IMG/VR virus record: IMGVR_UViG_3300019458_000016
Location: 1 to 40,370 of that record
Source: a virus
Direction: 5' to 3' (one strand)
DNA length: 40,370 nucleotides
The notes below the pieces were generated by a model. That model had not been told where the DNA came from and searched no databases. It worked only from the letters and a program-made list of their open reading frames with translations. Position numbers and translations under genes: made by a program. Shown in pieces: positions 33,673 through 40,370 of this stretch (the stretch's first letter is position 1; the number at the start of each line of letters is the position of its first letter).

Positions 33673-33723
33673 TTATCAACAGGTTATCAACATGTTAATA
33701 TCTTGTGGATAAACTGTGGATAA
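33673..33723. promoter_or_regulatory. Cluster of four DnaA boxes (putative origin or DnaA-controlled region)
   Basis: TTATCAACA at 33673 and 33684 (8/9 match). TGTGGATAA at 33704 and 33715 is the exact reverse complement of TTATCCACA. Each pair is spaced 11 bp, and the two pairs face each other. Confidence 0.7.
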
Positions 33724-33886
33724 GTATATATGTGTACAGAATTGCCCATTCCCATAGGTGGCCTGTCCCCATTTGCATAAGGGAAGGTAACTGGGGACTG
33801 AGTAAATTTAAAACTTTTGCATGGAGGGTAAAATGAGGCAATAACCTGTAAAGATTTGCATAGATAAAATTATTTTTACCAAGGGC

Positions 33887-33915
33887 TTGACTTTTAGGAA
33901 AGAATATGGTATATA
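33887..33915 (+). promoter_or_regulatory. Sigma70-type promoter P1 (TTGACT-17-TATATA, extended -10 TGg)
   Basis: CTTGACTTTTAGGAAAGAATATGGTATATATTAAG. Confidence 0.65.
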
Positions 33916-33998
33916 TTAAGATGTAAGGAGGGTATGGGTAAATAAGACCTGAATTACCCCCTACTTTGAAAGATTATATATCATTTCTTACAAAGTAC

Positions 33999-34027
33999 TT
34001 GACTTTTAAGAATAGATATGATATAAT
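33999..34027 (+). promoter_or_regulatory. Sigma70-type promoter P2 (TTGACT-17-TATAAT, extended -10 TGa)
   Basis: CTTGACTTTTAAGAATAGATATGATATAATAAG gives a consensus -10, a 5/6 match at -35 and the optimal 17-bp spacer. Confidence 0.75.
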
Positions 34028-34082
34028 AAGATTATAGGAATAGATATAGTAAAACAGCCAATTATTGATTTAGACTAGTATG

Positions 34083-34203
34083 TATATATATTAATATATA
34101 CTAGTATATAATACATATTAACCCCCTATATATTAATATATACTAATATATGATATAATAACCTCCTATATATAAATATATATACTATTAAATATAATAA
34201 TAT
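34083..34203 (+). repeat. About three tandem ~40-bp AT-rich repeats (..CCYCCTATATAT(T/A)AATATATA..CTA..)
   Basis: The units start near 34083, 34122 and 34162. A further CCCCCTATATAGTATATATT lies at 34451..34470, just upstream of the first rightward gene. Confidence 0.7.
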
Positions 34204-34513
34204 ATAATAATACATATGTCTATATATAAAAACATATATTATAAATTACTAAATATATATAATAACATATATAATAAATTTATATATAATATATATATTT
34301 TAAATAATAAATTAAATAATTCTAATATATTCTTAAAACTTATATACTTGATAGTATTTATTATAGTTTTCTATCCAGTAATTGGTTTATTGATTATTAT
34401 TAAGTTTTTAATATATTCTAGATAGTATACTAGGGCTTCTAATATAAAAGCCCCCTATATAGTATATATTCTTTTTATTGGCTAAAGTATTTTTATTGGT
34501 GGGGTTAGAATAT

Positions 34514-34960
34514 ATGTTCAGAATTAAATTTGATATTCCACTGTCTCTTCGTGAAAAGATAGAATCTCAATTATGTTTTGATAAAGTAAAACAAGTATAT
34601 ACAACTAAAAAACTGTATGATGATTTAATTAAAGTAATTGATTCAAAACCTATTTTACTTATAAAGAACTGTGGTGGTTATTTAGGACTGAATGATGAGG
34701 ATGATAAACATGATACCATTTCTATTGATCCTAGAGTAAGAGTGGGGGAATTACCAGGGGTTTTAATACATGAATTATTTCATAGTTTATTTCCCCAGTT
34801 AATTGAGCCAGAAGTATTAAAACTGGAATTTTGGTTTATGAAAAAGACTAATAGTAAACAAGTAAGTAAATTGGTTAGTCATGCGTTTAAGAAATGTGGA
34901 TTAAAGTTTATTAAGTATACAAAAAGGGTAGTCGTAGATGACATCGGAAAACGAAAATAA
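34514..34960 (+). CDS. HExxH-motif protein (putative Zn metallopeptidase)
   Basis: VLIHELFHSLFP contains HExxH. It is the first gene of the rightward arm. The ORF is open from a TTG at 34478, but the ATG at 34514 is the more likely start. Confidence 0.5.
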   Translation: MFRIKFDIPLSLREKIESQLCFDKVKQVYTTKKLYDDLIKVIDSKPILLIKNCGGYLGLNDEDDKHDTISIDPRVRVGELPGVLIHELFHSLFPQLIEPEVLKLEFWFMKKTNSKQVSKLVSHAFKKCGLKFIKYTKRVVVDDIGKRK

Positions 34961-35693
34961 GTCAGCGATTAGTCAAGATATTAGTCAAGTCGACCCTGAT
35001 TCTTCTAAACCTGTACGTTATCATGGCTTTGCTGACCCAAAAGTAAATGCTAAGGCCAGAGAAAGAAGTTTAGCTACTAGGAGAAAGAGACAACAAAAGA
35101 TTATGGATGTTTTACCTGGCCGTACACAAAACCTGGAATCAACTGAGTTGACTGGACAAGAAGTAGAACCGATGGCCGATCTAGTATCTGGTTTTACCCC
35201 TACCATCATTCAGATGCAGGTATTGGCTGTGGCTCTGTCTATGGAGCATGGTGATTCAATGCGCCATTGGTTTAAAGTAATAGGCCACAATAGAAACACA
35301 TGGTATCATTGGATTAAAAATCCTTTATTTGTTGAATGGTGGAATAAGGCGTGGGAAAAAGGACTAACTCAGTACAGGTCTGAATGGATTGCCATAGGGT
35401 TAAAGAATATGGCTATTGACAAGGATTATTGGAAGGAAATGGGGAGTCGTATATTTGATTTTATTCCTAAAATAGCTGTTAAGGAAGAAAAAACAGAAGA
35501 TGAAGAAAAGCTAACTAAGGAATTATTGGATTTATATACTGACATAAATAAAGAACGTAAAATGAAAACTGTTGATGGTGAAGTGGTAGAAGTTACACCA
35601 TTAACTGATGAAGAACAAGTTGATAAAGAATTAACTGAATTAAATAAGCACGTTTCAGATGAGGGGGATAAAAATGCAAGTAGTAACGCCTAA
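34938..35693 (+). CDS. HTH-like DNA-binding protein (possibly a terminase small subunit or regulator)
   Basis: FTPTIIQMQVLAVAL....SMRHWFKVIGHNRNTWYHWIKNPLFVEWW resembles the N-terminal HTH pattern of small terminases (L.p.q..F...G.s...a...G.s..T.Y.W...P.v). The C-terminus is acidic. The call is weak. Confidence 0.35.
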   Translation: MTSENENKSAISQDISQVDPDSSKPVRYHGFADPKVNAKARERSLATRRKRQQKIMDVLPGRTQNLESTELTGQEVEPMADLVSGFTPTIIQMQVLAVALSMEHGDSMRHWFKVIGHNRNTWYHWIKNPLFVEWWNKAWEKGLTQYRSEWIAIGLKNMAIDKDYWKEMGSRIFDFIPKIAVKEEKTEDEEKLTKELLDLYTDINKERKMKTVDGEVVEVTPLTDEEQVDKELTELNKHVSDEGDKNASSNA

Positions 35694-35937
35694 AGTAGTT
35701 GTAGATACAAATATATTATCTGGTATAAAGGTTCATGGAATATTAGTAACTGGTGATGGAGCAAATGTTGGTGTTGTTACATTAAAATATACGAATGATA
35801 GTGGTGCTGTTCTCGGCGTACTGCGAGTAGCAAGTACAGGAAGTTTTTTGTTCAATCCAGATTTTAAATTTACTATCGAAACTTTGTATTTTAATATTGT
35901 TGGGACTCCAACTGTAACAGTTTTTTACACTAAATAA
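35674..35937 (+). CDS. Small beta-rich protein (87 aa), paralog family member
   Basis: ATG at 35674 lies 5 nt after GAGGGGGA. IKVHGILVTGDGANVGVVTLKYTN...TLYFNIVGTPTVTVFY shares an alternating-hydrophobic pattern with 36305 and 38839. Confidence 0.6.
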   Translation: MQVVTPKVVVDTNILSGIKVHGILVTGDGANVGVVTLKYTNDSGAVLGVLRVASTGSFLFNPDFKFTIETLYFNIVGTPTVTVFYTK

Positions 35938-35948
35938 AGGATTTTAAA

Positions 35949-36293
35949 ATGGTTATTAATGCAGTTAAATCTGATGGATGGATAACTAAAATAACTGAAT
36001 TTATTTTTTGTAAAGTTTTTAGATTTAAGAGAAAGGCAAATGATATTGGATTACATCTTGATATTAAGATTAATCCTATTGCTGTTTTCTCAACAGAGTT
36101 ATATTATTTTAGAATCCGTTTATTTTTTCCTCCATATTGTAGTATTTCATTTGGTAAACAGGGTACGAAAGGTTTTCAGGTTTCATTTGGGTTAAAATAT
36201 GATCCTACGTCAAAAGACTATCTTCCTGGCATAAACGTCAGGATAAATCTATTGGGTCATTCAAAGCCCGCAGATGATCAAGCAAGTTTTTAG
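35949..36293 (+). CDS. Hypothetical protein (114 aa)
   Basis: ORF in the fibre block. No recognisable domain. Confidence 0.55.
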   Translation: MVINAVKSDGWITKITEFIFCKVFRFKRKANDIGLHLDIKINPIAVFSTELYYFRIRLFFPPYCSISFGKQGTKGFQVSFGLKYDPTSKDYLPGINVRINLLGHSKPADDQASF

Positions 36294-36304
36294 GGAGTAT
36301 AAAA

Positions 36305-36673
36305 ATGTCATTTGATTCATTTATTTTTAAACCATTTAGTAGATCAGTTGGACAAGGAGCTATTCAAGGAGCAACACAAGATCAAGTTAATTTTAATGGT
36401 AATGGAGATAATGTTATTATAGCTGCCGTCCCGGGCCGTAAAATTCTTGTTCGAAAGTTATTACTAATTGGTTCTGCTGCTTCTAATATAAGATTTTATA
36501 GTAATCCTAGTCCTACTACTCCTATAGGCGGCCAAATGAATTTTTCAGCGAATTGGGCACTGGCATTGGATCATGATGATTTTGCGATAGTTACTAATCC
36601 AGGCGAATCTTTAATCTTAAATTCATCTGCTGTGATACAAGTTGGCGGATTTATAGTTTATAATGTGCTATAA
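36305..36673 (+). CDS. Small beta-rich protein (122 aa), paralog family member
   Basis: SD GGGAG upstream. It shares QxQ(I/V)NF.GNGDN(I/V)..A...GR.I.V with 8004..8201. Confidence 0.7.
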   Translation: MSFDSFIFKPFSRSVGQGAIQGATQDQVNFNGNGDNVIIAAVPGRKILVRKLLLIGSAASNIRFYSNPSPTTPIGGQMNFSANWALALDHDDFAIVTNPGESLILNSSAVIQVGGFIVYNVL

Positions 36674-36748
36674 TGAAAAGTTTTGTGATAATAAATAATA
36701 AACAACCGATAATTTTCAAACAATCTATTTGGAAAAGAGTGAAAAGTT

Positions 36749-37363
36749 ATGTCCGATGTAGATATTGTTTCTGGAACAGGTAGTGAAGGCCAGCCTGGCT
36801 CGCCAGGCCCGTCTGGACAAGATGGAGATGATGGACAACCAGGCCCTCCAGGACAACAAGGACCAACTGGTTCTGTTGGAGCAACAGGAGAAACAGGACT
36901 TCAAGGGCCTCCTGGAATGTCAGGGGAAGATGGTATAGAAGGCATTTCTGGACCACCAGGACTTCCAGGATTACAAGGGATACAAGGATTTCCTGGAATT
37001 TATGGGCAAGCTGGTGATGACGGAATAGATGGTTTTCCTGGCCCTCCTGGGCCAATAGGTCCTCAAGGAGTATCTGGAAGTGGAAATGAAGGCACTGCTA
37101 TATTAGATTTTGGTTCTTCTCCTTCGGAAGAAGCAACTGTTACAGTAACAGGCCAAACTTCAATTCTTTCAACTTCTCGTGTTAGAGCTTATTTTATGGG
37201 TTCTACAACAATAGATAGTAATGAAATAGATCATTTACAAGCAGCACAATTTATTAGAGTAGTATGTGGAATTCCTACCGCCGGTTCTGGTTTTACTATT
37301 TATGCAGTTTGTGATAGTTTTCAAACAAAAGGATTATACAATATTATGTGGTCATGGAGTTAA
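36749..37363 (+). CDS. Collagen-like repeat protein (fibre component)
   Basis: About 30 uninterrupted Gly-X-Y triplets (GQPGSPGPSGQDGDDGQPGPPGQQGPTG...GPPGPIGPQG), followed by a ~95-aa globular C-terminus. Confidence 0.85.
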   Translation: MSDVDIVSGTGSEGQPGSPGPSGQDGDDGQPGPPGQQGPTGSVGATGETGLQGPPGMSGEDGIEGISGPPGLPGLQGIQGFPGIYGQAGDDGIDGFPGPPGPIGPQGVSGSGNEGTAILDFGSSPSEEATVTVTGQTSILSTSRVRAYFMGSTTIDSNEIDHLQAAQFIRVVCGIPTAGSGFTIYAVCDSFQTKGLYNIMWSWS

Positions 37364-37382
37364 AGGAGGATAATAAAAAATA

Positions 37383-38825
37383 ATGGCAAATTGGTTTATG
37401 AAATTAATTGGAAGTTTGTCTGGAAATGTTGCTGAGGTTGATGCTAATAATCAATTAAAAGTAGCACTTCCTTCACTATCTATAAACTCTGGATTTTCAG
37501 CACTTACAGTTGAAAATGATAACGGGAGTATAGTGGGAGTGAGAATCATGAAGAATTTGCGAGCATCTCCACTTCGAGGAACCACTGGAAAATTAAGTGT
37601 TGGCCTAGATGTATTATTATTTAATGAATATTTTCCAGGTTCGGCATTAAATTCAGCTTTATGGACTGCTCCGGTAACTACAATGACTGTGGCTGTAGCA
37701 AATAATGTTGTAACATTAAATAATGGATCATCTACTGCTAATGGTGCTGTCGCCCAAGTCCGTTCTTATAGACATTTTCCAAGTTATTTTTCTCCTGGAA
37801 TAATTTTTGAATGTGATGCTCAATTTACTCAAACACCAGTAACTAATAATGAATGTATTTGGGGTTATGTATTGATGTCTGGAACATCTGCTCCTACCGA
37901 TGGAGCATATTTTATGTTGAATACGGCTGGTCAACTTGTATGTGTTTATCATACGGCGGGCATTACTATAACATCTGGTCCTTTAAATTTTAATACTCTT
38001 ATTGGAACTAATGTTATAAATACATTTAGAATTGAAATAATAAATAATAATATTCGTTTTTGGATTAATGATGTATTGGTTTACAGTGTCGATAATTCTG
38101 GTACTATTGGATATAGCATGAATTTACCAATTGCATTTCGTGTTCAAAATACGGCAGTTACATCTGTTGCCCAACAAATGAAAATTACAGGGGTAAATAT
38201 TTCATTGGAAGATGGGATACATCATAAAGAATGGAGACATACTTTATGTGGAGCAGGAGGCCATTCTAGTCAGGGCCAAACTGGTGGAACAATGGGTAGT
38301 ACAGCAAATTATGCTAATAGTGCTAATCCAACAGCAGCAGTGCCTACAAATACGACAGCAGCTTTAGGGACTGGCCTTGGTGGTCAATTTTGGGAAACTG
38401 ATACATTAGCGGTAACTACAGATGGAATTATTTGTTCTTTTCAAGTACCAACAGGTACAGCAACACTTCCAGGTAAAACACTTTATATTACTCGTATCAC
38501 ACTGGATTCATTTGTACAGACAGTTTTGGTAGGCGGCCCATATGTAGCCAACTGGTCACTAGCATATGGTCATACAGCAGTTTCATTAGCTACTACAGAA
38601 ACAGCAACTAGCAAAGCACCTAGACGTATGACGATAGGCGCTCAAGCTGTAACAGCTGCACAGGCCGTAAGTACAAAAGTCGGTACTCTTATTGATTTAA
38701 ACTTCGATTCCCCAATTGTTGTTCAACCAGGAGAATTTGTAGCATTAGTAAAGAAAAAAGTGGGAACGGCTCCCACATCAGGAGTAATTGCACATCTGAT
38801 TAGCATTGGTGGATATTTTGAGTAA
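37383..38825 (+). CDS. Tail-fibre or receptor-binding-like protein with a jelly-roll (ConA/LamG-like) central region (putative)
   Basis: 480 aa directly after the collagen-like gene. ...ALWTAP...VVTLNNGSS...FECDAQF...WGYVLMSG...DGAYFML...NTFRIEIINNNIRFWINDVLVYSV resembles lectin-type jelly rolls. The C-terminus is T/A/G-rich. Confidence 0.45.
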   Translation: MANWFMKLIGSLSGNVAEVDANNQLKVALPSLSINSGFSALTVENDNGSIVGVRIMKNLRASPLRGTTGKLSVGLDVLLFNEYFPGSALNSALWTAPVTTMTVAVANNVVTLNNGSSTANGAVAQVRSYRHFPSYFSPGIIFECDAQFTQTPVTNNECIWGYVLMSGTSAPTDGAYFMLNTAGQLVCVYHTAGITITSGPLNFNTLIGTNVINTFRIEIINNNIRFWINDVLVYSVDNSGTIGYSMNLPIAFRVQNTAVTSVAQQMKITGVNISLEDGIHHKEWRHTLCGAGGHSSQGQTGGTMGSTANYANSANPTAAVPTNTTAALGTGLGGQFWETDTLAVTTDGIICSFQVPTGTATLPGKTLYITRITLDSFVQTVLVGGPYVANWSLAYGHTAVSLATTETATSKAPRRMTIGAQAVTAAQAVSTKVGTLIDLNFDSPIVVQPGEFVALVKKKVGTAPTSGVIAHLISIGGYFE

Positions 38826-38838
38826 AGGAGTGAAATAA

Positions 38839-39183
38839 ATGGCAGGAACAATAAAAAGAACATTTGGCCCTTTAGCTTTGACTACAACATTAACAACTAA
38901 TGTTTATCAGGGCGGGGGGGGGTCGTCATTAATTTATGATGTAATTCGTCATATTCATATCACAAATAAAACAGCATCAGCAGCTACATTTACTTTATAC
39001 TTAGGAGCTAGTGGAGCTAACGCCGCTGGTACGGAATTGTTTTTGGGAGTTAGTATTGCAGCCAATTCTTCATTTGATTATTATTGTATGTTAAAAATGA
39101 CTTCTAGTGATTATCTTGTTGGTGGATCAAATACATCTATAGCTTTGACAATTACTGCTGAAGGCGAGCAATATGTTGTATAA
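38839..39183 (+). CDS. Small beta-rich protein (114 aa), paralog family member
   Basis: SD AAGGAG upstream. VIRHIHITNKTASAATFTLYLG...DYLVGGSNTSIALTITAEGEQY shows the same pattern as 36305. Confidence 0.7.
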   Translation: MAGTIKRTFGPLALTTTLTTNVYQGGGGSSLIYDVIRHIHITNKTASAATFTLYLGASGANAAGTELFLGVSIAANSSFDYYCMLKMTSSDYLVGGSNTSIALTITAEGEQYVV

Positions 39184-39192
39184 GAGGAAAAT

Positions 39193-39336
39193 ATGTTTAC
39201 TATAAATGATTTAGTTTTTATTGTTGGGAAACAATATTTAGAAAATTTAGAATTACAAAAACAATTAAATGAAATGAAATTAGAATTAGAAAAATTAAAA
39301 GAAAATAAAAAGGAGAATGATTTGGAACGTGAGTAA
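39193..39336 (+). CDS. Small coiled-coil protein (47 aa), below the ORF-track cutoff
   Basis: SD AGAGGA lies 4 nt before the ATG. My own translation is MFTINDLVFIVGKQYLENLELQKQLNEMKLELEKLKENKKENDLERE. It overlaps the next ORF by 20 nt. Confidence 0.45.
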   Translation: MFTINDLVFIVGKQYLENLELQKQLNEMKLELEKLKENKKENDLERE

Positions 39337-40177
39337 TGAAATTAAAAATCATATTTTAAATGAGGAAGTATTAATTTTCAATCTTCCCACAATAGCCACT
39401 TTACCAAATTCGACATATACCCATAAAGAGACACAAAAATGGACTGGTGGAGAAGTTAAATTTGCCCCCTGGCGACAATATTTTAATGTTTTTGAAAAAG
39501 ATTGGCTACTAACTTATAATACCCCATTTAATGTAACTAATAATACTTTTGGCGGTAGAGATAGTGGTAATTCACAAGCCAATATTGCTATGGCAACTTT
39601 TTTTAATGTAGCCGAAGGAAACAGCGGCACTAATTCATTTAATATTTGGTTTGCCCCTCCAAGTACAGCGGGTACACCACCAGATTTTAATGCTGCTACT
39701 AGATATACCTGGTTTGATGGAAGAACAGGAGGCAGTCCTATAGCTGGAAGATTTAGAATTGAAACTGCTGCATCTATGCCCGCAGTTTTACAATTAAGGT
39801 CTCATGCCACTGTATCTCCTAGCGATTGGGCTTTAGTTTCAGAAATAGATAATACATGGGGAATTTATAGAGCATATGAATTAGCCCCAGTTAAAGTTAT
39901 TTCTGGAGACGCTAATGGAAATTTTAAAGCCATTGGACAGTTAGAATCAACTTTACCAACTGTTAGCGGCTTGCCTCCAATCAAAGTAACGAGCAGGATT
40001 AAAGTACAAAATTTAACTAGCGAACGGATTGAAATATTGCCTACTGCTTCTTTACCAGCGGCTTCTTCTGATAATGATGGTAGAGTTATAATTGAAGATG
40101 GGGGAGTAAATAGTGCAAATTTAATAATATATAAGGGCATACAGCGATTTAAGATAAATCAATGGGTAACTTTTTAA
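39317..40177 (+). CDS. Virion or fibre-associated structural protein (286 aa)
   Basis: Last ORF of the fibre block, beta-rich. The start is uncertain because the SD spacing to 39317 is very short. Confidence 0.5.
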   Translation: MIWNVSNEIKNHILNEEVLIFNLPTIATLPNSTYTHKETQKWTGGEVKFAPWRQYFNVFEKDWLLTYNTPFNVTNNTFGGRDSGNSQANIAMATFFNVAEGNSGTNSFNIWFAPPSTAGTPPDFNAATRYTWFDGRTGGSPIAGRFRIETAASMPAVLQLRSHATVSPSDWALVSEIDNTWGIYRAYELAPVKVISGDANGNFKAIGQLESTLPTVSGLPPIKVTSRIKVQNLTSERIEILPTASLPAASSDNDGRVIIEDGGVNSANLIIYKGIQRFKINQWVTF

Positions 40178-40247
40178 AAATAATTATAAAAAATTAGGAG
40201 CAAACTGACCGCTCCCTAAATTAAGGGTCAGAAACAATTAAATAAAA

Positions 40248-40370
40248 GTAAGGGGAGATTTAAAATGGCAACAATTAGTTTATCAAGAAAGGCCCTGAGA
40301 ATGGGTAAGGCGGGCGTACCTGTCAATGATTGGAATGATCTGATAACGGTACTTAATGCTATAGTAACAC
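40248..40370. repeat. Right copy of the exact 123-bp terminal direct repeat
   Basis: Identical to 1..123. It contains the SD and the first 106 nt of gene 18..260. Confidence 0.97.

Noticed and set aside
33449-33679. 76-aa minus-strand ORF in the control region
   Set aside because: It lies across repeats, palindromes and the first DnaA box, has no SD and has an odd composition (L/I/Y/P/H). The region is better explained as regulatory DNA.
34083-34203. AT-rich tandem repeats considered as a possible CRISPR array
   Set aside because: There are only ~3 imperfect ~40-bp units with no unique spacers between them, and no cas genes. This is a tandem repeat, not a repeat-spacer structure.
36747-37055. 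102-aa minus-strand ORF opposite the collagen-like gene
   Set aside because: It is a frame shadow of the G-X-Y repeats and has no independent signals.
1-40370. Lysogeny module, phage RNA polymerase, diversity-generating retroelement, or stop-codon recoding
   Set aside because: I saw no integrase- or recombinase-like, repressor-pair, single-subunit RNAP-sized or reverse-transcriptase-like ORF. The long ORFs are uninterrupted under the standard code, so there is no sign of reassigned stop codons.

Overview
The window is one complete, AT-rich tailed-phage genome. It is podovirus-like, has about 40.25 kb of unique sequence, and closes on itself through an exact 123-bp repeat (1..123 = 40248..40370). 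Two divergent arms leave a roughly 1.2-kb non-coding control region (33283..34477). The leftward (minus-strand) arm runs 33282->18447 and carries replication, nucleotide-metabolism and lysis genes: Zn-ribbon proteins, an amidoligase plus class-II glutamine amidotransferase (GATase) cassette, prim-pol/helicase, family-A DNA polymerase, an SSB-like protein, a Cas4-like nuclease, an HNH endonuclease, a GH108 endolysin, MazG, a deoxyribosyltransferase-like protein, a DUF5664-like dNTP diphosphohydrolase, holin- and spanin-like proteins. The rightward (plus-strand) arm runs 34478->40177 and continues across the junction to 18265. It carries an HExxH protein, an HTH protein, a fibre block with a collagen-like protein, terL, portal, scaffold, major capsid, tail genes, two GNAT-like genes, and a glycine-rich/coiled-coil/1108-aa internal-virion-like trio. 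The arms converge on a hairpin at 18390..18417. I saw no integrase, RNA polymerase, rRNA, CRISPR array or transposase. Strong Shine-Dalgarno (SD) sites, consensus sigma70-type promoters, lipobox proteins and DnaA boxes point to a Gram-negative host that uses SD-dependent translation initiation. Most worth following up: (1) a tightly coupled five-gene cassette headed by a Cys-rich amidoligase and a Zn-ribbon-tagged Ntn/class-II amidotransferase, followed by three small proteins, which may be a ligation or tagging/modification system; (2) a ~130-nt three-way-junction structured element between the SSB-like gene and the next gene; (3) a canonical tRNA-Thr(UGU) nested in frame inside a 195-codon ORF; (4) four phased DnaA boxes beside tandem AT-rich repeats and two near-consensus promoters, which looks like a host-DnaA-dependent origin or control hub; (5) a family of four near-identical extended -10 promoters and a CCYCYTATATA motif shared by two AT-rich islands; (6) a small beta-rich paralog family with one frameshifted copy; (7) an RNA-ligase N-terminal remnant. 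All functional calls come from reading motifs by eye. No database search was run.
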